A stretch of 64,000 bases of DNA from the human T2T-CHM13v2.0 reference genome, Homo sapiens: the NCBI RefSeq assembly GCF_009914755.1, contig NC_060926.1. One strand, 5' to 3'. Positions 30,935-43,308 of the stretch are shown piece after piece. Made by a program: the position numbers and the translations under genes. Each line of letters begins with the position of its first letter. Position 1 is the first letter of the stretch. Under the pieces are notes generated by a model. It had not been told where the DNA came from. It worked only from the letters and a program-made list of their open reading frames with translations, and made no database searches.

Positions 30935-32300
30935 GTTGAGGTTGGGAATCTGGGACACAGATTCTGAGACCTAGATTCATGTGCAGAAAGTTTATTAGAG
31001 TGGTCTAGGCATTAGCAGGCACAGGGAAAGGAAAGAAGGCAGGATTTGGCAGAGAGAAAAGTTGAGTTGTGAAACATTCATGGTGAAAAATTTGGCCAAA
31101 TCCACTGCAGCACAGAAGGTAAAATGGGTTTTTAGCTTTCCAGAGGACCCTTGCATTGACCAGATACGTGGGCTACCCTTGGAAAGTGGGTACCTTTAGC
31201 TGAGGGAAATTCCTGAACAGGTATAACACCTGAGGGCTCGTTAAACAGGCTTCTGAGCCACAAAGAAAATGTGCCTTTATTACTGAAATAGCATCTGTGG
31301 TTGCAATGCTGTGTCCACTATAGTTAATTCTTCTTCTTCACAAAATATGGTAAGAGCTACTCTAGGATATTGATATACCTCTTTTCCTGTAAAAAATTAT
31401 AAAAAGAAGGTTATTAGGATAACTACAGATTTCGCTCCTGCAGTTTAACTTCATAAGTAATATCCTCAAGTAATTACCTAAGTGGGTCACCTGCATGCCA
31501 AATATATTTCCCCTTCCCCCACTGCATAGCAACAGCCTTATTTCCTCTGTTGATCAGTGTCAGTAAACTTTTCCTGAATAGTGACTCTTGTCTGCTGGAC
31601 CTTTGGCATAATATGGATCTTGTAGTGCCTGGGTAGCAGCCATATCTTAAAATTCAATGGGACATCTGGTCTAAAGTAGCAGCAAAAAGATTTACAAGAA
31701 AGACAAGTACAAATTACCCAAGTGGGCCACTCTGTGATCCTGGACCCATGTATTCTACCTGTTGGAGTCATGGCACCATATGATAAGTACCATTTAGAGT
31801 ATACAATGCATTCCGGAGGATGGTACCCCATCTTTTTGATGTTTGATTCTCGAACTGTTCTGCAACTTTGCCTTCGACAGGCCATTCTATTGCTATGTCA
31901 GGACAGCAGTTTCTGGTTGGTGAGGTTTGTGATAGGACTAGCAGATTTCATTGTGAGATGCCCACCGCCCATGTCTGCTGTAAAATATGTTCTTTGGTCT
32001 AATATGATGTTATGTGAGATTCTGTGTCAGTGGGTCAAACACTTTGTAAGCCCTTTGATGGTGATGCAGGTAGAAGCCCTGCATTATGAAAAGCAAACTC
32101 CTATATGGCATACGTGCTGATTCCAGCCAAATGATTCACTGTCCCTTCCAGAGTGGAAGAAATTCACTGGAATTTCTTGGAAGTGGAAATGTGGGTAACT
32201 TGCTGTCAAGTGTCTGTTTGGTCTTCTTAAGGAATGGTGCTGCATCAGAGACACATTGTTCCATGTGGTTGCCACCATGGTGCTGCTTTGTCTGAGCCCA
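30935..32300 (-). mobile_element. Ancient ERV-L remnant: LTR (LTR33/41-like, about 30935-31322) plus integrase/dUTPase internal fragment
   Basis: Minus translation YG.MTP.GRIHGSR...PLNFKIWLLP.HY...VTI....D.DQQ aligns by eye with HERV-L IYGTVS..AMIHGSR...PLNWKLRLPPGHF...VTVL.GVIDPDYQ at 13253-13777. Confidence 0.7.
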
Positions 32301-33494
32301 TATGAATCCTTCAGGTTTTCTTTCTTGCTTCTGTGCCTAGAAACAGAGAAACATAGGAATATTTTGCCAGTCTGGTAATACTGCTCCCTAAATTTCTAAC
32401 CCCCTTCAGTATGCTATTAGGTCATGCGCTTGTCTTCAAAAATATAAGAAAGTAGGACAGATCTGTTGTCAGATAAAACTCCTTTTTCATTTTCCCAGTC
32501 TAGGAAAATGTTGTCTTCCTTCTCTCTCTTGCTTCTTTCTAGAACTAATTTTCTTTTTACCTTGTCTTGAAGGCATCCAAAATAATTCCCTCAATGAGTT
32601 TGTGCCTACGCAAATAAAGGAATAGTTCTGCACTTCCAACTGCTTTCAATTTTAGTTCTGGAAAAAAGAAGTTCCAGAGGCAGGGAAATAATAAGGGCCT
32701 GGAGAACTTATTGGAGAAAGGGGGGAAAAAAAGCAAACAAAATATAAGTAAATTCATCAGAATTGTTTGTCAGTTGCCTTCATCTACAGCACTCTAGCGC
32801 TATTAATCCAATAAAGGGGAGAGGTTCAGGGAGAATGGCATAGTTGAGTGAGGTGACAGAGTATGGTCATGTACCAGCACAATTAGAATGAGAGATTTTA
32901 GGTGCCCTAACGGTTCCGAAGATTACCTAATCCAACTATTTCTTTTTATACAAGGACAATCAGTCTCAGTGGTGGAACTAGGGACTAGGGCTTTTAATTA
33001 CTAGCCCAATCTCCATTTCTATTCCTTATTTTCATGCCTTAGATGACTTCTTTTTCTTGTCCAAAACTTGGAGAAGAGAGGCCTGTTAAATTCTTGGCAG
33101 GTTGACTGTGAAATTCATGTTGCAATCAATTTAAGGTGTGGATATTTTTTTTCCCTGCATGTACATTACTACCAGACCACAATGAACTGTGAGATGTGAT
33201 CTGCAATCATAGATCAAACTGGAAATACTGAACAAAGGCAGTTTGTTTAGTGAAAATGAATGTATAGGTGGTGCTATGTACTGACAAAAAGCTCTTTTTC
33301 CCTCCCCATTTCCTGCTGAAGGTGAAAGCTAAAGCATATTAAAAAGTGACCCTTTGAAGCCAGGAATGTTAGCCTTCCCAAACTTGATAAGAATATTTAA
33401 TTTCTTTAACATCAGGCTGTGTTTAAAGAAAGTATAATTCAGACATTAAGAGACCAGGTAAATGGCTCCAGGGCTCTTTCTGTTTCTTCCTTAC

Positions 33495-33602
33495 CTGCCA
33501 GGATTTTTGGCGTAGCATCAGATAGCACTGTATACCCCATCCCAGATGCCCGTCCAGGGAACGGATGTTATAAAGAGGCTGCCTTCTGTTCTGATTAGCT
33601 GA
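33495..33602 (-). other. Candidate exon (probably non-coding or 3'UTR)
   Basis: Strong donor CAG|GTAAGG (intron starts 33494) and acceptor gtcttcatttgtcag| at 33603, in unique sequence. No transcript evidence. Confidence 0.25.
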
Positions 33603-33977
33603 CTGACAAATGAAGACTATCTGGCAATGCCATCTTCATTCTCACACTAAAATTACAGTGTGAACATGCAAAGATAGGCATACGGAGCATACGTTTGTAT
33701 GTTTTTGCAGATCCAGATTCCATTCATGCTTCTTCTAATATTAGAACTGAATTTCCCTTTGGGGAAATAATATCTTCTCCATTATGTATAGTCTGGGTAG
33801 TGCTTTCCATTGATGCATTCTGTACAATCCTATGAAAATGGTAGATGCATAACTCAGGCTCAGCCAAAACTCTCTCCAGGATTTTAATCTTTGGTGTCAT
33901 GACATAGGACAGAAAAATGAATGGAGCTGATTCACCTAAGAGACTGCCTCATTCTAGCACAAAATCTCCTAGTAGAT

Positions 33978-34173
33978 AGCTCTGTAGTCATAGAAATATT
34001 GTATACCTGTGCTGCCTAATGCGGTAGCCACTAGCCACATGAGACTACTGAGAACATGAAATAGAGCTAATGTAACTAAGGAACTGAATTTTTAATTATA
34101 TTTATTCCAGTTAATTAAAATTAAAATTGAAATAGCCACAATTTGGTATTGGTTTCTGCTCTGGACAGCACAG
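33978..34173. mobile_element. MER3-type hAT-Charlie MITE
   Basis: ggtagccactagccacatg...tgtaactaaggaactgaatttttaatt...aatagccaca...ggacagcacag. Confidence 0.7.
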
Positions 34174-34240
34174 CTCTAGCAGAGTTCTCTGAAGAAATCA
34201 TGCACTGGCCCACACTAGTTGGATATCTGGGGCTGCTCTG

Positions 34241-34271
<31 letters not shown>

Positions 34272-34651
34272 TCTTTCTAAACCTGGTTCTAGCTATTTGT
34301 TTGATTCTGCGAGCTACCCTAACCCAATTTGTTACAATAATTTCCTCCTTTTCCTAGTAGCTACAGTTAATTTTGTTTGTTTAACTCTAAATAAAGAACT
34401 TAAGTTGAGAAAACTCGTTAATGTAGTGATGTATCGACAATATGTTAAGTACCTATATATGTCAAGGAATATATATGGTAGTCTCTGGGGATAAAACATT
34501 TATGTATAAATAAATATCATCCTTACCATTCAGGAGCTGAGACTAACGAAGAAGACAGAAATATTAACAGTTAGTGATAACGCCATGAGATCAATTAGAA
34601 CTTTGAAAAGGATTTTAGGATCACAGAGAAGAAGTCTCATTAATACAGTGC

Positions 34652-35084
34652 TGTAGATTGAATAGTGGTCTCCAAAATGATGTGTACACCAGTACACATG
34701 ACTGTGACCTTATGTGAAAATAGTCTTTGCTGATGAAGTTAAGAATCTACAGATGATATTATGTTAGATTTTGGGTGGAACTTAGATTCAATGCTGACTG
34801 TTCTTATCAAAGATACCCAGAAGAACAATACAAAGAGAAGAGTGGATGGTCTGTAAAGATGGAGAAAGAGATTGGTCTTATGCTGTCATAATCCAAGGAA
34901 TGCCAGGAGCCACCAAAAGATGGAAAGGGCAAAATGGGTTCTCCCCTAGAGACTTTGGAAGAATCATGGCCCTGCTGATGCTTTGCTTTCAGACTTCTGG
35001 CCTCCAGAATTGTGAGGTAATAATTTTGTTTTTAGTCAAGAAGTTTATGGTAATTTGTTATGACAACCTTAGAAATCTAACATA
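34652..35084 (+). mobile_element. MLT1B/C-type MaLR solo LTR
   Basis: tgtagattgaatagtggtctccaaaa...ccaaggaatgcc...cagacttctggcctccagaattgtgag...ggtaatttgttatgacaacc. Confidence 0.75.
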
Positions 35085-35572
35085 GATAGCAAGATGTTCT
35101 AGTCAAGCTCTAGTATTGGAACCCTGCCTCAAACCCAGCCATCTGTGTTGTCCTCTGGATAGCTGGCCTAGATTCTGTCTGTTTTTTCAGGGATGCTAGA
35201 CTGTCTTCCTTCTACCTTCAGCTGTTAGGTAGGGTTCTGTTGCAACATAGACGGGATGCATTTATCTTATCTTTGGGTATTGTCCTTTCAACTGTAAGCT
35301 CCACAAGGGAAGGGATCTTTGTTTATTTTTTTTCCCACAATATTTTCAGCACCTAGAAGAGTACCCAGCATACACTAAGTTTTAAATATTTAGTTGAATG
35401 AATGAATAAATACATAAATGAAGATTATTTCTGCTAAGTCCTTCCTTTTGACATTACCAAACTCCTCTTCCTCCTGCCACATACACTTTTGATATTAGTG
35501 ATAATCTTGGTAATAATCAAATTCACTCTTCTTCCTGGGTGAATCATATTTAGATTGCTGGTTACTATTTAC

Positions 35573-35668
35573 CTGGAAGGGGCACAGTCATCAAATTGAC
35601 TTGGTCACTCTTACTCCAATCCCAGATGGTTCATAGATTCTGCCACCCCTCTCACCAGTTGAAGTATT
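35573..35668 (-). other. Candidate exon 3 of the orphan minus-strand ORF (contains its stop)
   Basis: Long polypyrimidine acceptor tttttttccttactcttttcag| and donor CAG|GTAAAT. In phase 2 it reads (G)ILQLVRGVAESMNHLGLE* with TAA at 35611-35613. Confidence 0.4.
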
Positions 35669-36218
35669 CTGAAAAGAGTAAGGAAAAAAACATTGTTGGA
35701 TTGCATTGAAATAATGACATCTTTGTGAAAACTCAGGATTTTTTTTTTTTGCTATGTTTAAACAGATTGCTTTGATCAATATATTGTCAAACTAATGCCA
35801 AATTCATCTTAGGCTTTCTACAGCCTCAAGCATAATCTCAGATTTAAATTACATCATGCTTTATGCATCATGTCACAAAATTCATACATTAAATTCCCTG
35901 CACTATATTTTAGGAGGAGGGCTTCAGATTCCTATTAGGTCTTTTTGACACTTCTTTAACATATTCTTCTAGAAAGTTTGATTGTCTTTCTTTTTCTCAG
36001 CTATAAGGGATTTATGTAACAAGTTGCAATGACTGCTAGAGGTAACAATAAATGTCACAGCCTGATACGGAGAGAAGAGGCAGTTACAAAATAAATGCAC
36101 CCACAAAAGACAATGTATAACAGAGAGAGAATCAATTCAAGGAAGGCATAAATTGTTTGACATCCCTCAGTGATCTACAATACATTGTGCTGGTACCATA
36201 ATTATTAGGGATATACGA

Positions 36219-37325
36219 ATTAAAACCACAATGAGATATCACCTCACTTGTACCTGTTAGGATGGCAATTATCAAAAAGTCAAAAGATAACGAATGATGA
36301 GAATGTGAATAAAAGGAAACTCTTATACATTGTTGGTGGGAATGTAAATTGGTATAGTCATATGTAAGATAATATGGATGTTTCTCAAAAAAAAAATAAA
36401 AATAGAACTGTGATATAACCCACCAATCCCACTTCTGGATATTAATCCAAAGGATATGAAATCAGCATGTCAAATGGATATCTGCCTTTCCATGTTCATT
36501 GCAGCCTTATTAAAAGTAGCCAAGATATGGAATCAACCTAAATGCCTCTCAACAGAAGAATATATTAAAAATGTGGTGTATATATACATAATAGAATACT
36601 ATTTAGCCTCATAAAAGAAGAAAAACATGTCATTTCTGATGGATGAACTTGAAAGACATCATAGTAAGTGAAATAAGCCAGACACAGAAACAAATGCAGC
36701 ATGATCTCACTTACATATGGAATCCAAAAAAGTAAATCTTATAAAAGTAGACAGTAGAGTGGTAGTTAGCAGAGGCTGGTAGGGTAGGAGAATTAGGAAG
36801 ATATTGGTCAAATGATACAAAATTTCAGTTAGAAAGGAATAATAAGTTCAAGAGATCTATTGTACATGTTGGAGACTACAGTTAATGAAAATATATTGTA
36901 CACCTGATAATAGATAATACAGTGTTTTCACCATAAAAACAAGTATGTGAAATAAAACATTTTCCAATTAGCTTGACTTAGCCATTCCACAATGTATACA
37001 TATATCAAAACATCGTGTTGTACACCCTAAATATATGCAAGGTTTATTTGTCGAGAAAAAGGTAATGTACAAAATTTTAGCTAGAAGGAATGAGTTCAAG
37101 AGATCTATTTTGTAACATGGTGACTACAGGTATAAGAATATATTGTATTCTTGAAAAGTGCTGAGAGTAGATTTTACATGTTCTCACCATAAAAACAACA
37201 ACTTTCTGATGTAATGCATCAGAAAGATTTAGACATTCCACAATGTTTGTGTATGTGCATGTATGTGTGTATAAACATGTTGTAGATAATATGTACAATT
37301 GTTTCTGTCCAAAAAAACAAAAAAG
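36219..37325 (+). mobile_element. L1MA-type 3' fragment with a second tandem copy of its last ~250 bp
   Basis: ORF2 C-terminal coding-like sequence (aaaaccacaatgagatatcacctcac) and L1MA 3'UTR. 37068-37325 repeats 36816-37060 with high divergence. Confidence 0.8.
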
Positions 37326-37997
37326 TATGGAGGAGTTAAAAAGAATGCCACAAACTCATTAGTTAAAAACAAAATAGTGCTTGAAATGGCAAATCTTACC
37401 TTATGTGGTTGATTCCCTTAAGTGTTGATGCTGGGATAGGATGGGAAGCTTCAAGAGCTCCATGACCATCAGCAGGCCTCCCAGGTGTGAAGACTGACAG
37501 TTCTGAAGAAGTCAGATTATCATATCACACAAGTATATACTGTGATACGACACACATATAGGAGGTCACTATAGGTACACAGGGGATTATCTCCAACCTG
37601 ATAGATTGATGGGTCTTATTCTTATTGTGCAGTGCACATTCTCTCTCTCTGTCTCTTTCTCTCTCTTTCGTTCACACATGCCCAGAAACATTTAGACTCC
37701 TGTCTTTGGGCCATGATGTTTCCAAAGCAAAATGCCCCTCTTTATCCTAGCACAAAGACAGACAGTTTAAGGTTGAATTCTGAAATCATCTGTCCTTGGT
37801 TTTGGCCCTTTGGCTCTCATTGTACCTATAGGAACTGTGCTAACTCCTTTCCCTCTCTAGGTCATCCTCTCCTCTGTTGAGCTCCAGGTATTATTTATAG
37901 TCATTCTTTTTAAATACTATGATCTCTCTGAGCCCCATCTATAAATAAAAGCTCTAATAGCATTGATAATAATTTACCTGAAACATATTTAGCATTT

Positions 37998-38118
37998 GCT
38001 GAGCACAGTGGCTCATACCTGTAATCCAGAACTTTGGGAGGCTGAGGCAAGAGGATTGCCTGGGGCTAGGAGTTCAAGACCAGCCTGGGCAATAAAGCAA
38101 GCCTCCCCTGTCTCTACA

Positions 38119-38164
<46 letters not shown>

Positions 38165-38341
38165 GTAATAATAATTATCCAGGCTTTGTGGCAAGTGCCT
38201 GTAGTCCTAGTTTTTCAGGAGGCTGAGGCAGGAGGATCCCCTGAGCCCAGGAGTTCAAGACTGGAGTGAGCTATGATTGTACCACTACACTCTAGTCAGC
38301 CAATAGAGGGAGACCTTATCTCTAAAATAAATAAATAAAAA
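37998..38341 (+). mobile_element. AluJ with (AAT)n expansion in the linker
   Basis: AluJ diagnostics gaggattgc, cctgggcaa, gagctatgattg. (AAT)n at 38119-38175. Confidence 0.88.
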
Positions 38342-38644
38342 CACTTTTAGTCTCTATCCTATAATAACACCCCAAGTATTATTATTTGTGACTAACCATA
38401 GATTTATGCCATTAAAGGAACCTCCAACAGCAAAGGAGAAAGTTGAACTTTTGACAAAGATGGGAGGATTAAGTCTTAAGGAATTTCATATCATCCAACT
38501 GGCTAATAAGCAAACAGAGACTTTGGAGTTAAGATTGAGGTGTCTTTAGATGTATTGGGTCATTGATTATTATTATTGTTATTAGGCTTACAGTAGTAGT
38601 GAAGGTAGAATAGTTAAACAGTTATGGCGTTAAAGAAAACTGTG

Positions 38645-38968
<324 letters not shown>

Positions 38969-41623
38969 TTATCAGACAAGGTTAATGCATTTGATGCCCT
39001 GGGATCTGTACTCCTTAAGAAGTGACATTCCTCTTCCACTGTACAGAAAAAACACATAAATAATATGATAAAATGAACAATCTTGGGGATTTTTATCTTC
39101 TTCAGTGAGTTTTGTAGTTTTTAAAGCCTTTCATTATACAACCATCTTTTGTTATTGAAGCTAGTAGGTACCTGAGGTTTGTTTTCTCAGAAGGATTCAG
39201 TTCCGTCTCTTGTGGCTTTCACTTCCACCTGACTGTTATGTCACTTCTCTTTCATTTATTTATTTATTTTCCTTAGAGGCCTAACCAGGCAAACTGCTCT
39301 CTTCTGATAACATTTTAAAAATAGTTGTTATATAGTTATTTATTTGATTCAAACTGACCACTTCTATGAAATCTTTGTGGTTTGGAATATTCATCAGGAA
39401 TCTTATCAAATGTGGTAAGAAAGTCCCTTCTGCTTAGCATGATTGTAACCCTCCTTTCACACCTTCAATATCTTAGACAGTGGGTAGCAATATCAAGGAA
39501 GATTTTCCACAAGCAAAATCTGTGGAAGATTTATCAGCTGTTCCCACCACTAAGAATACAAACTTTCTCTTCACAAATTGTCATACGAAGTAATATGATT
39601 CTAGAGTGCTACTCTGTCTTCAAAAGATTAAAAAAAAAACACTAGATATGGTGAAATCATAACTAGAGAAAAAATGTGTTTTTCTCCACTCCACCTAACT
39701 TTCGTATATGGTTATACAAAATTAACGTTTTCAGTTTCTTGTGTTGACACTTTTAAAAACAGTAGCAGAAGAGGGTTTAGTGTTTGAATTTTTATATTCT
39801 TTTTTTGGATTTAGCTTTCACAAGAAATTCTATCGTTGCAGCACTAAATGGAGAATCTTATAAAAATTTAATCAGATTTCTTCCACAGAGAGAAAAGAAC
39901 AAAGTCTTACTTTGTCATCTTGTACAAATGGTGCGTTTTCTCTTTCTAACTAATCAGATACCAGGGATGCTCTTATGAGTTGATGAAGTGCAATGTGAAT
40001 TGTGACTCAGCTAACATTTATGAAGAAAGAACTCTGTGTCAGACATGGTTACATATCTTAATAATATTGTTTAATCACAGGGCATAATAACTATTGCTAC
40101 ATTATATAATTGCCAACTACCTGCCAGAAGATTTTTGCTCATTTATTGATGTTGCTCAAAGCCATGCAGTCAGTAAGTGCTGAAGGTAAGATCTGATGTT
40201 CATTTCATTTAGCTCTGTAGTCTGTGTTCTAGTATTTCTTACTCAGTGCTGCCTGATTAAATAGGGTAATTTGGTCTTCCCTTGATTTGTACCTCCCTTG
40301 ATTTGTACCTCACACACTATCTCTTTTTAAATTTAAATTACCAAGAATTACACTAAAACTGATTTACCTGTGTGGATAATAAAAACCTTTGACTTTTTAA
40401 AGTGACCTCTTCACTGTACAAATGCTCTTGGGAGGCCTTAAACATTTATTGGAGTAAAGTATAAGAGGATGTGATTTGAGCCAGGCCCTGGGACAATAGG
40501 ATGCAGTCAAAGTGCCTAGGAGTGTGTGCATGTGAGAATGTGGTTGGCTTAATAATGGAGGAAAGAGTCATAGCAAAGAAAGATGAGAGAATTCAAGGCA
40601 AGTCTCTGGTACTTTACAACTTATAGCACTATTTCTCTCCTGCCTTGTGTCTTATCAGAAAGATTCCACCAAGAAAACTTACAGGTTCTTGTTGTGGGTT
40701 TACTGTAAGCTCTGCCTTTACGTTTTCTTTATTCTTTTAACTTTCCTGGTTCCTATGCCTCCTTTAATCAGCTTAGTTTTCTGAGCCTAATGTTTTTAGT
40801 TTTCTTGCAGTCTTGGAGGCATCCTGCTCAAAACTTTACAAATGGCAATTTTTGAGGGAATAAAATTTTTTGAAGTTAAAGTCTTCCAGGGGAAGTATTT
40901 TCACAGTGTCTATTCAAAGTGAATAGGCAGTTAATTATCCTAATTGATTGTCATGGTGACTGAGGATAGAGAGAAGATACATGCCACAGAAGATGTTGAG
41001 CTGGTGAAATGCAGAAGCAAATGGGCAAGGGTCCAAGGGTAGGACCTGGAAGGTTGGTGTTAGCACTAGTGTCAGTTTTGTTGATATCATACCTGGAAAG
41101 GGAACAGAATTATGTCTAAAATCTGGTAGTGTTAATTGCATGGAAAATGTGTGGAGCTGGCAAAGTAAGAATGAGAACATCTTATTATGTTCTCGTTTCA
41201 CTTTGGGGTAAGTTCTCTTTTGCTGGTTAAAGATTTCTAATATAAAATATTTCTATTCTAAACTATCTTATGTTTCTGGCACTGTTCTATGCAGTATAGG
41301 TGGGATAGTGCTATGGAAGATTTTGAAATAATACCAGGTTTTCTTTAGTGGCACAATTCTCCCCTCATTGGCATTCTCTCCCTATAATAACTTCAAGAGT
41401 TTTGATTTTACTGGGTTTCTCTAAACTTTTTTAAGTTACTACTAATAGGAAATTATGGAAATATGCCTTTTAAAGATATTTGTGATTTTAAATGACTCTT
41501 CAAGACCAAATGGATCAGTGAGAAGGCTATAAGCTTTGGAATGAGATAGACATGGTATTTTGTCTCTGCTTTACCACTTAATATACTGGTACTTTTAAAC
41601 AAGTAATTAATCTTTTCTGATCC

Positions 41624-41978
41624 TGCTATGATCTGACTGTTTTTGTCCTTCCAAAATGTATACATTGAAAACTCATTACCAATGTCATGGTATTAGGAGG
41701 AGGAGCCTTCAGGATGTGATTAGACATGAGGGCAGAATCCTTATGAATGAAATCAGTGCCTTTATAAAGCAGGCTCTAGAGAGCTACCTTGCCCTTCCAC
41801 CATGTGAGAACAGAGAGAAGGCATCCTCAACGAATCCGAAAGCTGGCTTTCATCAGATATTGAATCTGCCTGGATGTTGGACTTCCTAGGCTCCCGAATT
41901 CTGAGATGTAAATTTCTGTTATCTGTAAGCTACCCAGTCTATGGTATTTTGCAATAGCAGTCTGAATGGAATAAGACA
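41624..41978 (+). mobile_element. MLT1A-type MaLR solo LTR inserted in a MIR
   Basis: 355 bp, tgctatg...aataagaca, perfect TSD gatcc (41619-41623, 41979-41983). MIR core continues on both sides (about 41510-42110). Confidence 0.85.
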
Positions 41979-43057
41979 GATCCTAAGCATCTCCACCTGT
42001 AAAGTGGAGATAAATACCTTATGGGATGGTGTGAATTGTGAAGATTAAATGAAATAATGTATGTACTACACAGAATGCAGAGCACAAAGTGAGGGCTCCA
42101 TAAATAACCTTTGCTGTTGTGCTCTTCTATTTGAATCACTCAAAACAGAGATCAGAATATATTAAAATCACAATCATTCTTATTTCATTTTTTTCCCAGT
42201 AATATTCAACACTTGAATCTGGGGGCATAATTTCTGTCCCTGTAGCTAGTAGAGATGGTTGCAAATTTGGCTCAAAGGTAAGAGTAGGCAAAGAGAGAAA
42301 AGTGGAAGGATCTTTTTGAGATGCTTGCTATAAAATCAAGTGTGTCCTTAAGTTTCACTTTGGGGTAAGCTCTCTTCTGCTAGTTAAATATTTTAAAAAT
42401 AGAATATTTCCTTTAAATATTATCTTAAAGTTTATCTTGGCAGAGGAAAACTGGCAACCTCTTAGCATTTTTAATTTTGATAGCCAAAACCCGTGTACTG
42501 TACCTACATTTCAAAATTTAACTCATATTATACCTAAGATGTTTAGGGAGACTGTAGTTTCTTTACTTTATCAATAACTAATATTATTTTTCTCTCAATA
42601 ATCATCTATAGTTTAGTTGGAAGGGGACTTTTTAAGTCATTTCCTGTTTCACATTCATCTATTTCTACAATTTATACAGTCCTTCCAGGTTTTGCTCAGT
42701 GTTTCTAGGAAAGAAAGGCTTTCAGATTTTAGTTTATTCTTACAAGCTTCTTTCCAAGATGGTAGCTGAATATTTGGGAGTAAAATAGTACATGAAATCA
42801 TGGAGGAAGGTAAGACTTGGAGAACTTGGGAATAATACTGACTGGTTTCTTCAGTCTTAGGCACAATGTCCTCCTTCCTTCCTGGTTGCAGCTTGTCCTT
42901 CTGGTATCCATGGCTGGAGAATATAGCTGAAGCTCTTCCATCTCTTCCAAAGCCCACTGACTCAGCTTCACTTTAGTTAAAATTTTGTCGATAGACCCCT
43001 CTTAGATCTGGCTGTAGTTCCCTTTCAGCCAAGTGCCAAAAGTCTGAGCTGTCTTAC

Positions 43058-43308
43058 CCAAAGACATTTTGGATCACTCTTGGGATCTCTTCTGCAGGTT
43101 CCTTAACGAGACTCAGCAATTTGTAGGTATCTGCAGGCTCATGATCATGCACCTCAATGCTTTCCAGTGACTGGCCATCCTGAACCACCAGATTTACTTT
43201 TTTCAGCTGTGTCTTTGAAGCTTTCTCTTTGTATAATTTCAGAAGAAGAGTGGGTGTCCTTGGTGCCACTGCAACTTGTATCATCATACTCCTTTTCTGA
43301 GCTAAAGT
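43058..43308 (-). other. Candidate exon 2 of the orphan minus-strand ORF
   Basis: Acceptor ttcctccctgcag| and donor TGG|GTAAGA. 251 nt, open in phase 0 to 2: TLAQKRSMMIQ...EPAEEIPRVIQNVF(G). Non-repetitive. Confidence 0.45.

Noticed and set aside
42655-42957. 100-aa minus-strand ORF next to candidate exon 2
   Set aside because: GTG start, and I could not find splice sites linking it in frame to the other candidates.
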